In this document: positions 15,867 through 25,183 of the stretch, in pieces
How positions within the stretch are numbered: position 1 is the first letter of the stretch
Layout of the letters: each line of letters opens with the position of its first letter
IMG/VR virus record: IMGVR_UViG_3300037751_000749
Coordinates: 1-33,477 of that record
Length of the DNA stretch: 33,477 nt
Direction: 5' to 3' (one strand)
DNA from: a virus
Lineage: Duplodnaviria; Caudoviricetes
The notes under the pieces: model-generated
Database searches by the model: none
What the model saw: only the letters and a program-made list of their open reading frames with translations
What the model was told of the DNA's origin: nothing
Position numbers and translations under genes: made by a program

Positions 15867-16103
15867 TTACGCCCCCTCCTCGACGAGTTCGGCGAGCGGG
15901 ATGAAGCGCCCCGCGCGCTGCTCGTCCGTCGGGTTCTGCCGGCTGATCCCGGCGATCCCGATCTGCTTGTCTGTCAGCACCACCCGCAGCCCACGCGCCT
16001 CCATCAGCCGCTTGAACCCCTGCGGGTCCGAGTTCGGGCTGTCGGGCTGCCCGTGGTTGTGGAACAGCCCGCTCCGCGGCGCCGTCTCCAGGTAGATCCA
16101 CAT
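15867..16103 (-). CDS. Hypothetical protein
   Basis: MWIYLETAPRSG...; GAGGAG RBS. Confidence 0.65.
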   Translation of the reverse strand: MWIYLETAPRSGLFHNHGQPDSPNSDPQGFKRLMEARGLRVVLTDKQIGIAGISRQNPTDEQRAGRFIPLAELVEEGA

Positions 16104-16132
16104 GCTCGCTCGCTCCTCTCGAGGCGCGACGG

Positions 16133-17500
16133 CTAGGCCGTCACCACCTTCACGTCGTTCGCCCCGTAGCCGGTGCGGCGCTTCCACTCGTCCCAGCCGC
16201 CGCGCCAGCCGTCCTCCCAGTTGCCGTACCCCGCGTTCCACCACGCCGCCGGCGCCTCGATCGTGTTCTCGTCCCAGGCGCCCTGATGGCGCGGATCGAC
16301 AACCCCGAGCTCGCCGCTGGCCGACTCGAAGCGGATCGTGTTCCGCAGCACCTCGTAGCCCTCGACCGTGAACGGGATCCCGAACTTGTCGGAGAGGCCC
16401 CGTTGCTGCTGCACCACGCCGATGCCGTCGGCGCCGTTGTGGGCGATCGCGAGGTTGTCGTGGACGCGCACTCCCTGCGAGCTCGACACGAGGATCTGGG
16501 CGCCCCAGAGCTGCGTCTTGAACCCGTTGCCGTTGTAACGGGCGATGTTCCGCCGCACCGTGCCCCGCCAGTTGATCTCGTCCGAGATCCCCTGGTTCGT
16601 GTTGAACTCCGACAGGCACTCCTCGATCAGCTGATCCTGGTTGTCGATGTCCCACCACCAGCCGGGACCGCGGTTGCGCGCGCAGTAGAGCCGCCGCGCG
16701 GTCGCGTCCTTCGTCAGCACGAGCTTCGCGCCGCCCGACTCCCAGCCGAGGTTCAGGCCCGGGTTCGTCGCGTTCCCGACCAGCGACCCCAGCTCCACCA
16801 GCACCTTCCCGAAGCCCCCTCCGAGCCCGATGTGATGGTTCTCGCTGGACCGGAAGTGATGGAGGCGCGTCCCCTCGCGGATCCGGATGCCGGTCGCCCC
16901 GTTGTCGTGGACGTAGACGTGCCCGACGTCGGCCCCCCGGCCGAGCTCGAGCGCGCCGTGCTGGAGGTTGCCCGGTTCGTACCCCGTGATCTCCAGCCCC
17001 TCGATCGTCAGGTCCGCCGGCTCCCCGGCGAACAGCCGCCCGGTCTCGCCGCCCGTGTACCTGAGCAGCGCGGGCGACTCGCCCTCGGGCCGCCAGTCGA
17101 AGACCGGCGCGCCGGTCACCGGCGCCTTGCCCACCTCGTGCGGCACGAGGCGCAGCGCCCCTCGCAGCGCTGCCCCGTTCGGGACCGGGATGTTCAGCAG
17201 CCGGTTGTGCTCGCCCTCGAACCAGTACTCGTTGACCTGGTGATCACGGAACCACCCCGCGTCCGCGGTCGCCGGCACCCGCAGGCCCACGGGCTCCGGA
17301 GCAGGCTCAGGCCCCTCCTCCGGCTCCTCAGGCGGCTCCTGCGGCTCCCCGTGCCCCTCGAGGTGCGCGTCCAGCTTCCGCTCCAGCTCGACCGTCCGCT
17401 GGGCCAGCCGCGCGGCGTCCAGCCCCAGCCCCAGGATCTGCTCGGCGTTCCCCGCCAGCGCCCCCGCGATCTCCTCGTGGTCGTGCGCACCGCTCGTCAT
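16133..17500 (-). CDS. Right-handed parallel beta-helix protein (tailspike/depolymerase-like)
   Basis: N-terminal coiled coil, PE-rich linker, PbH1-like repeats (VHDNGATGI, NRGPGWWWDIDN, NTNQGISDEI, VRRNIARYNG, VHDNLA). Confidence 0.8.
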   Translation of the reverse strand: MTSGAHDHEEIAGALAGNAEQILGLGLDAARLAQRTVELERKLDAHLEGHGEPQEPPEEPEEGPEPAPEPVGLRVPATADAGWFRDHQVNEYWFEGEHNRLLNIPVPNGAALRGALRLVPHEVGKAPVTGAPVFDWRPEGESPALLRYTGGETGRLFAGEPADLTIEGLEITGYEPGNLQHGALELGRGADVGHVYVHDNGATGIRIREGTRLHHFRSSENHHIGLGGGFGKVLVELGSLVGNATNPGLNLGWESGGAKLVLTKDATARRLYCARNRGPGWWWDIDNQDQLIEECLSEFNTNQGISDEINWRGTVRRNIARYNGNGFKTQLWGAQILVSSSQGVRVHDNLAIAHNGADGIGVVQQQRGLSDKFGIPFTVEGYEVLRNTIRFESASGELGVVDPRHQGAWDENTIEAPAAWWNAGYGNWEDGWRGGWDEWKRRTGYGANDVKVVTA

Positions 17501-17502
17501 CG

Positions 17503-19236
17503 TCAGCTCCCCACGTACCCCGCTGCCGCGGCGCCCTCGGCGCCCTCGATCCAGAAGTCCGTCACCTCGCGCCCGCCGATGAAAATGCGCAGCTCCCCAC
17601 CACCACCACCGCCCCCGCTCGCCACCGACGCCGGCGCCGGCGCCAGGCCCATCAGGTACGCCTCGGTCGGCGTCAGCGGGCCCCGGTTCGGGTCGAAGTC
17701 GAAGTCCTGCACGTTCCCGCTGAACGGCAGCCCCGCCGCCGCGTGCGCCTGGAGGATCTGCGCGTAGGCGCTGGCCGCGTTCCGCCCCCGCTCCTCCGCC
17801 AGCGCCTGCTCCGCCTTGATCGCCGCCTCGACCCCCGCCTCCTGCTCCTCGAGGATCTGCTCCCACATCGAGCGGAAGCCGTCCGGCACCTCGACGCCCA
17901 GCTCCTCGAGGCCCGCCGCCACCTCCGCCCACTGCGCGTCCAGCGCCGCCTGGGACGCCTGTACGGCCCGTACCGCCTCGTCGCCGCCCCGCAGGTAGGC
18001 GTCCACCACCTCGACCGTCTGTTGCTCGATGATCGCGATCCGCGCCCGCTCCGCCTCGTTCAGCGCCCCGACCGCCTGGGCCGCATCCCGGGCCGCCTTC
18101 GCCCGCTCCTGATCGCCCGCGATCAGCCCCGCGCTCGGGAAGGACGTGACGCGGGTGAATCCTTCGTCCTCGAAGCCCGCGGGGCCGACACCCCACGGGG
18201 TCGGTGTGGGAAGCCCCGACACACCGGGATCGCCAGCAAACGGACCGAGGTCCGCCGCCCCAGGTCCACCGCCACCGCCACCGCTGCGCGCGAGGTTGTA
18301 GAACGCCGATCCGCCCGGCAGTGCCCCGAAAAACCCGCTCGCGATCAGTCCGCCGAGGGAGATCCCGCCGCCGAGGTCCTTGTTCAGGCCAGTCGTCACG
18401 ATGTCGATCGTCACCTGGATTGCCGGCAGGTTCGCCAGGTCCTCCAGCACGATGAACAACGCGTTCGTTCGCTCGAGCACCTTCGCCAGCGCCTCGGCCA
18501 GCGGCCCGCCGAGCTGCGCCTGCAGGTCCTCCCACTGCGCCGCCAGCTTCCGCTGCTCCGTCGCCAGCGTCCCCGCCGACCGCGCCACGTCCCCGTGCTG
18601 CACCGCCGTGTCCGCCAGGATGATGTTGTAGCGGGCCTCCACCTTCTGCGCCTCGGTCAGCGCCGTGCCCACCTCCGCGATCCCCGAGGCGTACGCCTCG
18701 GCCTCGACCCGCGCCGCGCTCAGCAGCACTCCCGCCGTTCGCAGCGGCTCCGCCTCACCCGCCAGGCCGGCGCGCAGCTTGTCGAGCATCTCCGTCGGGT
18801 CCGCGTTGTTGAAGCTCGCCATGTCGGCCGCGAGCTCCGTCAGCCGCACCGACATCTCCGCCATCTGCTCGCCGCCGAGCCCGATCGTCGTGAACATGTT
18901 CCCGTAGGCGCCGGCGGCATCGAGCGCGGCCGTCTTCGAGATCCCGAGGTTCTTCGCGCTCTGCTCGGCGAAGCTGTTCACCGCCGCCGCGCTCTCCCCG
19001 AAGACGACGTTGACCTTGTTCTGCGCCTCCACCAGGTCCGACGCCGCCGACACCATCCCCGAGAGCACCCGCCGCGCCCCCTCGGTCGCCCCGATCGCCG
19101 CGCCCACGGCGAGCCAGTTGCGCTGTAGTTTTTGCGCGACGCCCGCCAGCCCCTCGGCGTCCTGCGAGGCCCCGCGCAGCGTCCGCCGCAGCGAGTCGGC
19201 GTCGCCCGCCAGCGTGATGACGATCTCGCCGGCCAT
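17503..19236 (-). CDS. Tape measure protein
   Basis: MAGEIVITLAGDA N-terminus; AASDLVEAQNKVNVVFG...LAADMASFNN...GEAEPL TMP core; Ala-rich helical. Confidence 0.93.
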   Translation of the reverse strand: MAGEIVITLAGDADSLRRTLRGASQDAEGLAGVAQKLQRNWLAVGAAIGATEGARRVLSGMVSAASDLVEAQNKVNVVFGESAAAVNSFAEQSAKNLGISKTAALDAAGAYGNMFTTIGLGGEQMAEMSVRLTELAADMASFNNADPTEMLDKLRAGLAGEAEPLRTAGVLLSAARVEAEAYASGIAEVGTALTEAQKVEARYNIILADTAVQHGDVARSAGTLATEQRKLAAQWEDLQAQLGGPLAEALAKVLERTNALFIVLEDLANLPAIQVTIDIVTTGLNKDLGGGISLGGLIASGFFGALPGGSAFYNLARSGGGGGGPGAADLGPFAGDPGVSGLPTPTPWGVGPAGFEDEGFTRVTSFPSAGLIAGDQERAKAARDAAQAVGALNEAERARIAIIEQQTVEVVDAYLRGGDEAVRAVQASQAALDAQWAEVAAGLEELGVEVPDGFRSMWEQILEEQEAGVEAAIKAEQALAEERGRNAASAYAQILQAHAAAGLPFSGNVQDFDFDPNRGPLTPTEAYLMGLAPAPASVASGGGGGGGELRIFIGGREVTDFWIEGAEGAAAAGYVGS

Positions 19237-19239
19237 GGC

Positions 19240-19689
19240 CTAGAACCCCCGCGTCCGCAGCGCCGCCGCCCGCGCCGTCTTCTCCACCCCCGCCTCGAGC
19301 GCGTCCCGGAACTCCGCGATCCCCTCGCGCGCCGCCGGGTACAGGAAGTGCCCGCGCGACCCGCTCCCGCTCGCCGCCTTGCCGCTCCACGGCCGGAACT
19401 GCGCGAACCGGTTCGATCCGAACTCCTGCCCCGGACCCCACGGGTAGCGTCGCCCGCCGAACAGCACCCGCGCCCGCGTCGTCGTCGAGCGCGCCCGGAT
19501 CGTGTTCGCGGTCCGCCCGCTGCGGCTGTTGAACCGCGCTGCGTAGCGCCGCCGCGCGTCCTGCACGATCCCCTCGGCCGCCTCGTTCGCCTCGCGCCGC
19601 AGCATCTTCGGGAGCTCGCGGTCCACCTGCCGGAGCGCTCGAATCGTCTCCTGCAGTCCGTGGATCTCGACGGTGAACGGCTCAGCCAC
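19240..19689 (-). CDS. HK97 gp10-like tail completion protein
   Basis: VEIHGLQETIRALR...SGR...I...QEFGS...FLYPA. Confidence 0.8.
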   Translation of the reverse strand: MAEPFTVEIHGLQETIRALRQVDRELPKMLRREANEAAEGIVQDARRRYAARFNSRSGRTANTIRARSTTTRARVLFGGRRYPWGPGQEFGSNRFAQFRPWSGKAASGSGSRGHFLYPAAREGIAEFRDALEAGVEKTARAAALRTRGF

Positions 19690-19831
19690 CGCGATTCCTC
19701 CGCAGCCCCTCGATCCGCTCCTGCTTCTCGCGCAGGTAGCGCACCAGCCGCCGCCGGTCCTCCATCGAGATCGCCCGGTACTCGTCCGGGGTGTAGCCGA
19801 ACGCCTCCGCGAAGACCCCGAGCGGATCCAT
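19682..19831 (-). CDS. Tail assembly chaperone T-like segment
   Basis: FAEAFGYTPDEYRAISMED; the frame is open upstream into the G gene in the -1 frame. Confidence 0.7.
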   Translation of the reverse strand: MDPLGVFAEAFGYTPDEYRAISMEDRRRLVRYLREKQERIEGLRRNRGG

Positions 19832-20166
19832 CACGCTGCCTCGTCGCCGTTCGGCGACGGCGTAGGGTCCTCCGCCGCGCCGACACCCCACTTCAACCGC
19901 ACCGCCGAGAGCCGCATCGACCGCACGTCCTCCAGCGAGAACGACGGCTCCTCCCGCCGCCGCAGCACCCACACCAACGCCTTGACCGCCTTCCCGCGCA
20001 ATCCCTCCGGGTCGGTGAACCGGTTGATGATCGTCGCGAACGACAGCCCGCACGCCTCCTCGACATCCTCGATCTCGCCGATCGTGAAGCTGTCGATGTC
20101 CACCACCAGCTCGACCGGCTCATCCGCCGCCGCGATCTCCTCGTACTCGTGCGCTCCGGTCGTCAT
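19831..20166 (-). CDS. Tail assembly chaperone G-like
   Basis: Acidic 111 aa between tail tube and TMP, ends ...EDPT... Confidence 0.78.
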   Translation of the reverse strand: MTTGAHEYEEIAAADEPVELVVDIDSFTIGEIEDVEEACGLSFATIINRFTDPEGLRGKAVKALVWVLRRREEPSFSLEDVRSMRLSAVRLKWGVGAAEDPTPSPNGDEAA

Positions 20167-20681
20167 CGCACCGCTGCCTTCGTGCGCCGGTTGCGCTGCT
20201 GCTCGCTGCGGGTCGCCCAGCGCAGGTTGCCCGGCTCGTAGTGCCCGTCGTTGTCGATCCGGTCCAGCGTCAAACCCTCGGGCCGCGGTCCGAGGGTTTC
20301 AATCAGGAGCACCGTCGCCTCGCCCAGGTCGGCCGGGAACCGGTACTCAATGCCCCGGCCGCCGTAGCGCGGGAACCTCACATCCGCGGGGTTGGTGCAG
20401 CGCGCGCGGGCGCCTTTGAGGATCCGGTACTCAGCCGTGTGCGCCAGTCCGTGCGTCGTGGTATCGCAGCGCGGATCGGCGTGCAGCCGCGCCGCCGACA
20501 GCTCAACGTTCAGACAGCCACAAGAACGCGTGCGCCCGCTGCGCAGGTGGGCCCCCTTGACGATCCGCTCCTGGCCGCACGCACAGCGGACGCGCCAGCG
20601 CGCTTTCCGGCTCACGGCGTTCGGGGCGCGCCCTACGACGAGGAGCCGTCCGAACCGTCGTCCGAGCAAATCGACCAGCAT
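20163..20681 (-). CDS. Free-standing HNH homing endonuclease-like protein
   Basis: GRRFGRLLV...CACG...SCGC; RC.NP....YGGRGI; TLDRIDNDGHYEPGNLRWAT..EQ..N. Confidence 0.88.
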   Translation of the reverse strand: MLVDLLGRRFGRLLVVGRAPNAVSRKARWRVRCACGQERIVKGAHLRSGRTRSCGCLNVELSAARLHADPRCDTTTHGLAHTAEYRILKGARARCTNPADVRFPRYGGRGIEYRFPADLGEATVLLIETLGPRPEGLTLDRIDNDGHYEPGNLRWATRSEQQRNRRTKAAVR

Positions 20682-21664
20682 CAGAAGGCCGCCAGCGCGT
20701 TCACGACCTCGACGTTCATGAAGTTGGTGGACGTGGCGTCGTAGCACATCTGCCCGCGCAGCGTGACCGTCCGCAGCCCGTCCGCCTCACCGAACGTCGG
20801 GTTCTCCGTCAGTTCGATGTGCGCCTGCAGCACCAGCGTCTTCGTCCCGACCGCCACCTCGAGCGAGATGAACCGGTTCGTCCCCGCCTCCCAGGCGTCG
20901 TACTCCGCGTCCCCCGCCGCCCCGTACTCCAGCACCAGCTCGACCGTGCCGAGGATCATCCCCCGCCGCAGCCCCGTGAAGTCCAGGTCCGTCCGCTGGT
21001 CGAGCGTGTAGTTCGGCGCCGCCCCCGTGTTCACCTCGAAGCGGAACGACCGCAGGATCACCTCCTTCTGGGTCGTCCCCAGCGCCGCCCATGAGGTGTC
21101 GATGAACAGCCCGAACAGGTTCGACGGCACCAGCGTCCGCGCCAGCGCCGCCTGCGACGCCGTGAAGGTCGACGTCTGCGGCGCCCGCGTGAACATGTCG
21201 TACTCGATCATCGCCGGCTGATTGAAGCCGCCCGTGATCGCGAACCGCGAGCACGTCCCGAACCCGGCTTCCCGCTGCAGGTGCCGCGTCGTCCCGTCGA
21301 AGATGCTGTACTCGAGCGTCGCCGCCTTCAGGTCCTCCACCGTCGCCGGGTCCGGCAAGAAGGTCCACGTGTACGGATCCGATCCCGCCGGCGTCCCCGA
21401 CTGGATCCCGGTCAGCAGCGGCAACAGGATCTGCTCGAAATCGAGCGCGTGGCGGAAGCTGAACTGCGCCCCCTTCATCACGTCGAGGTACGTCACCGGC
21501 GCCAGCAGGCCGTGGTTGTCCTGGATCCACTGCCGGTCGATCATCGGCTGGTACTGGCCGCCGCCCTCGCACACCAGCACCATGTCCGCGGCCACCAGCG
21601 TCCCCGGCGTCGTCTCGATCCCGATCTGCGCCTTTTCGAGCGCAACAATTCCGGTCGGTGGCAT
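20681..21664 (-). CDS. Major tail (tube) protein
   Basis: QIGIETTPGT N-terminus, YTWTF.P, 327 aa, upstream of the chaperones and TMP. Confidence 0.85.
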   Translation of the reverse strand: MPPTGIVALEKAQIGIETTPGTLVAADMVLVCEGGGQYQPMIDRQWIQDNHGLLAPVTYLDVMKGAQFSFRHALDFEQILLPLLTGIQSGTPAGSDPYTWTFLPDPATVEDLKAATLEYSIFDGTTRHLQREAGFGTCSRFAITGGFNQPAMIEYDMFTRAPQTSTFTASQAALARTLVPSNLFGLFIDTSWAALGTTQKEVILRSFRFEVNTGAAPNYTLDQRTDLDFTGLRRGMILGTVELVLEYGAAGDAEYDAWEAGTNRFISLEVAVGTKTLVLQAHIELTENPTFGEADGLRTVTLRGQMCYDATSTNFMNVEVVNALAAF

Positions 21665-21667
21665 CGT

Positions 21668-21856
21668 CTAGCCCTCCTGCTCGCCGGCCGTCGCCGAACC
21701 GCGCGACCGCTTGCTCGCCCCACCCGTCGCGGTGGACGTCTCCTTGCGCCACAGCGGCGACTTCTCCACCCCGTAGGCCTTCGCCTCCGCGTCGGTCAGA
21801 TCCCGCGCCGGCACCCCCGCCACGAATCGCCCCTCACCCACGTACCGGTACGTCAT
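21668..21856 (-). CDS. Small conserved-type virion morphogenesis protein (GVPARDL motif)
   Basis: YRYVGEGRFVAGVPARDLT; GAGGAGG RBS. Confidence 0.7.
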   Translation of the reverse strand: MTYRYVGEGRFVAGVPARDLTDAEAKAYGVEKSPLWRKETSTATGGASKRSRGSATAGEQEG

Positions 21857-21866
21857 CGCTGCCTCC

Positions 21867-22328
21867 TCACGCGCTGAGTGTCCGCGTCTCGCTGATCCGC
21901 AGCCCGACGAACGACACGTCGAAGCCCCACTGTCCCGTCGTGTCGAGCTGCCCTGGTTCGCCGAAGAGCAGCTGCGTCCACAGGTCGGCGGTCCCGTCGA
22001 GCGCGATCGCGTCCTTGAACTCCGTCACGATCGCGGCGATCCACGCCTCCAGCCGCTCCCCGAGCTGCGTGTTCCCCCCGTCGTTCGAGCGCGGCGCGAT
22101 CAGCACCCGCACCTTCACCTCGCCGAACTCCGTCACCACCTGGTCGCCCGACGCAGGCGTCACCACCCGCGCCGGCGGCACCACGTACGCGTAGGCTGGC
22201 ACCGAGTCCTGGACCCCATCGGTCGGGAACTCGAACGCCACCATCGTCTCCGCCGTCGGCTCGTCGATCTCCAGCCCGTCGAAGTGCCCCGCGATCGCCG
22301 CCCTCGCCGTCGCCCAGGTGCCCGCCAT
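21867..22328 (-). CDS. Tail terminator-like protein
   Basis: Synteny; TARAAIA N-terminus; ATG coupled to the connector stop. Confidence 0.65.
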   Translation of the reverse strand: MAGTWATARAAIAGHFDGLEIDEPTAETMVAFEFPTDGVQDSVPAYAYVVPPARVVTPASGDQVVTEFGEVKVRVLIAPRSNDGGNTQLGERLEAWIAAIVTEFKDAIALDGTADLWTQLLFGEPGQLDTTGQWGFDVSFVGLRISETRTLSA

Positions 22329-22987
22329 CAGGCCACCACCGGCAGTCGGTGCGTCAGCGACCGCTCGTACGCCTTCCACAGCCGCCACGACTCGCTCTGG
22401 AGCGACAGCCCGGCGTCGTCAATCGTCGGCGCGCTCAGCGTCGCCCCGCCGCGGTGCCCCTCCCGCGTGTCGTGCGCCAGGTGCACCGTCAGCTCCACCG
22501 CCGACTCCGGCACCGCCGCCCAGCCCCACGCCGTCGAGGTGACCCGCACCAGCCCGCGCTGCGCCACCCAGCGCGTCGGCTCCGCCGAAGTGATGTGCCC
22601 CAGCAGCTCGATCGCCGTGAACGGCCGGCCCAGCGCCACCGCGTTCTCCGGCAGCCCTCGCACCCAGGCGTCGTCGAAGTCCAGGCTGTAGCCGTCGTAC
22701 GCCCCCGTGCGGTTCGTATCCAGCGTGATCCCACCCGCGCCCACCGAGCGCAGCAGGTACTGGCGGCCGCCACGGTCGCGCAGCCAGAGCACCGGCCCGC
22801 CGTCGCCGTCGAACTCGTACGTCGCCGAGTGGGAGTTCAGCGCGCCGTCGTGCTGCCCGAGCGAGCGGTCCAGCAGCCGGCTCGCCGCCAGCAGCTCCGC
22901 GTCGAGCGTGCTGTCGGCCCCGCTGGCCTGGTTCCCCACGCGCTCCCGGTACTGGTCAGCCGTCGCGTACGCGGAAGCGAGCGCCAC
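22328..22987 (-). CDS. Head-tail connector/adaptor
   Basis: YATADQY...AASRLLDR...VRVT..WGWAAVPESAV. Confidence 0.82.
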   Translation of the reverse strand: MALASAYATADQYRERVGNQASGADSTLDAELLAASRLLDRSLGQHDGALNSHSATYEFDGDGGPVLWLRDRGGRQYLLRSVGAGGITLDTNRTGAYDGYSLDFDDAWVRGLPENAVALGRPFTAIELLGHITSAEPTRWVAQRGLVRVTSTAWGWAAVPESAVELTVHLAHDTREGHRGGATLSAPTIDDAGLSLQSESWRLWKAYERSLTHRLPVVA

Positions 22988-22990
22988 GAG

Positions 22991-23629
22991 CTACCCCGCG
23001 TCCTCGTCCTGCTCCTCGGTGGCCTCGATCGCGGCGATCACCGCGCCCTTGTTCGCCAGCTCATCCGGCGCCTCAACGCCCCGCTCGAGCGCGATCGCGT
23101 TCAGCTCGCCGCGGGTGAGGCGCGCCAGCTTCTCGGCCGCGGCGGCACTCCAGGTCTCGTCCGAGGGGGCGCCGTCGGACGAGGGCGTGGCGGGAGGGCC
23201 CGGCTCGTCCGACGGCGCTTCTGGTTCGGGCTCGCTGGGCTGCGCGGGCTCGGCCGGCGCCGCGACCGTCTCGGGCTTGAGCGACTTGTCGTCGTACCGC
23301 CGCGTGTCGCCCTTCTGGTCCGCGACCAGCTCGCCGGCCACCGGCGGGTCCGCCGGCCGCTCCGAGCGCGCGTCCGCCTCCGCGTCCGTCGTGGTCCGCG
23401 CCGTCGCGTCGGAGGTCCCAGCCACCTGCTCCGGCGTCACGCTCACCAGCCCGTACGCCTCCGCCACGGCGTTGGGGATCGACGCCCCGGCGCCGACGAG
23501 CAGGCGGATGGCGCGTGGATCGTTCGCCTCCACCACCTCGTCGTCCGCGCTCACGTAGAGCCGCCGCCGCGAGACGAACATCGATCGCGTCGAGCGCTGG
23601 TCCCGCAGGTTGTCGATCTTCAGTGGCAT
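22991..23629 (-). CDS. Head-associated protein with C-terminal HeH/Rho-N-like domain
   Basis: Low-complexity P/E linker then LTRGELNAIALERGV...NKGAVIAAI. Confidence 0.65.
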   Translation of the reverse strand: MPLKIDNLRDQRSTRSMFVSRRRLYVSADDEVVEANDPRAIRLLVGAGASIPNAVAEAYGLVSVTPEQVAGTSDATARTTTDAEADARSERPADPPVAGELVADQKGDTRRYDDKSLKPETVAAPAEPAQPSEPEPEAPSDEPGPPATPSSDGAPSDETWSAAAAEKLARLTRGELNAIALERGVEAPDELANKGAVIAAIEATEEQDEDAG

Positions 23630-23669
23630 CGCTCAGCTCCCATCCCCGCGCCCGACGCTCACGCCGCGG

Positions 23670-24224
23670 CTAGGCGACCCCGGCCGGGATCTCCTCCCAC
23701 GTCACGCCGTAGGCGATCAGCGGCGAGGTACCTCCCGCGGCCGCCGCGTGCAGCGCGTACAGCGTCCCGGGCGGCACCACGATCGCGCCGTCGACGTCCT
23801 CCCACACCTGCCACGGCTGCACCGCCGTCGTCGCCAGCGAGGCTCCCAGCGAGGCGAACGGGCGGATGATCGTCGGCGCGACGATCGTCGCCGTCGTCAG
23901 CGCCACTCCCTTCGGGGGGCTGCCGCCCAGCCGCGCCGCCTGCTCGGCGATCGCGGTGCCCGAAGGCGTCGCGCTGACCGCGATCGGGTTCGCCAGGTGG
24001 AAGATCGTGCCCGCCCCCAGCGTGCCCGAGATGTACCCGGCGACGACCTTCTGGATGGCGAGGTCGACGTCGGAGTCGTGCGGGTTGTAGAGCGCGAATC
24101 CCGCTGTGGTCGACAGCGTGGTCCCGGGCGCCACACCCGACACCGCCGTCGCCGCGTGGAACAGCCGTCCGTCCTTCGCCGGGTAGTACAGCCGTCCGTG
24201 CCGCTGCGTGACTTCCTGGACCAT
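23670..24224 (-). CDS. Putative virion structural protein
   Basis: Beta-rich A/T/G composition, DVDGAIVVPPG motif, AAGGAG RBS, located after the capsid gene. Confidence 0.65.
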   Translation of the reverse strand: MVQEVTQRHGRLYYPAKDGRLFHAATAVSGVAPGTTLSTTAGFALYNPHDSDVDLAIQKVVAGYISGTLGAGTIFHLANPIAVSATPSGTAIAEQAARLGGSPPKGVALTTATIVAPTIIRPFASLGASLATTAVQPWQVWEDVDGAIVVPPGTLYALHAAAAGGTSPLIAYGVTWEEIPAGVA

Positions 24225-24254
24225 CTCCTGCTCCTTCGTGCTCGCCGCGCCGCC

Positions 24255-25136
24255 CTAGGCGGTCGGGACGTATTCGACCTTCACCTGCGTCGAGTCGAGC
24301 GTCGTGTTGAGCTCGATGGTGTTCAGCTCGAGCGTCGCCGCGCTCACCACCACCGTGGGCGCCGTGCTCTCGATCACCTCCGCCAGGTACGCCGCGCGAA
24401 CGGTGTTACGAGCCAGCCGCTCGCCGATCCCGATCTCGTCCGCGAACCCGATCTCCGTCGTCGCCCCGGTGCTGTCGTGCGCCGGGATCGTGATGCTCGT
24501 GACGGTTTTGAACGCCTTCGACCCGACCTCCGTCGTCGCGCTGTTCTCCGTGAACGCCGGCAGGTCCTCGGTGATCGCCACGTCCTCGGCGTTCGTCCCC
24601 TCGATCGTCACCTGGATCGCCGCGATGTCGCCGGCCGTCCCGCCCGACGTCGCGGTGATGCAGCGCGGCACGTCCGGCTGGATGATGTCTTCGGTGATCA
24701 CCTGCTCGGTGCCGTCGTCGGTCACCGCGGCCAGGATGCCGTCCGTGTCCGCCACCGCCGGCGTCCCGGTGTGGCCGATCGCCGTCGTCGCCCCGGTCCC
24801 GTCGTGCGCCGGGATCACCACGGAGGTCACCGTCGCGAACGTCTTCGCCCCCGTGACCGTGCCGGCCGTGTTCACCGTGAACGCGTCGAGCGTCTCCTGG
24901 ATCACCTCCCCGCCCGGGGCGGTGCCGTTGACGATCACCTGGATCGCCTTGATGTCGCCCGCCGTGCCGCCGGCGGTGGCGGTGATCTTCGCCGGGGTGG
25001 ACGGGCCCTTGAACCCGTTCGTGATCGTCTGCGACGCGCCGTTGTCGGTCACCGCGGCATGGACACCGTCCGTGTCCGCCGCCAGCCCGTACACCCGCGT
25101 CGCCACCCGCCGCTGCGCTTCGATCGTCGGCGTCAT
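24255..25136 (-). CDS. Putative capsid decoration protein with tandem domain duplication
   Basis: Two about 102-aa repeats ADTDG...ITATxGGTAGDIxAIQV...KxFxTVTS..IPAHDxTGATTxIG with a 327-nt period. Confidence 0.72.
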   Translation of the reverse strand: MTPTIEAQRRVATRVYGLAADTDGVHAAVTDNGASQTITNGFKGPSTPAKITATAGGTAGDIKAIQVIVNGTAPGGEVIQETLDAFTVNTAGTVTGAKTFATVTSVVIPAHDGTGATTAIGHTGTPAVADTDGILAAVTDDGTEQVITEDIIQPDVPRCITATSGGTAGDIAAIQVTIEGTNAEDVAITEDLPAFTENSATTEVGSKAFKTVTSITIPAHDSTGATTEIGFADEIGIGERLARNTVRAAYLAEVIESTAPTVVVSAATLELNTIELNTTLDSTQVKVEYVPTA

Positions 25137-25183
25137 GCTCGCTCCCTCGCTCTCCGCCCGGCTGGCCGCTCAGGCTCGCGCCG

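Noticed and set aside
24447-25079. DGR-like repeat pair
   Set aside because: Differences are not adenine-specific and both copies are in one ORF; an ordinary domain duplication
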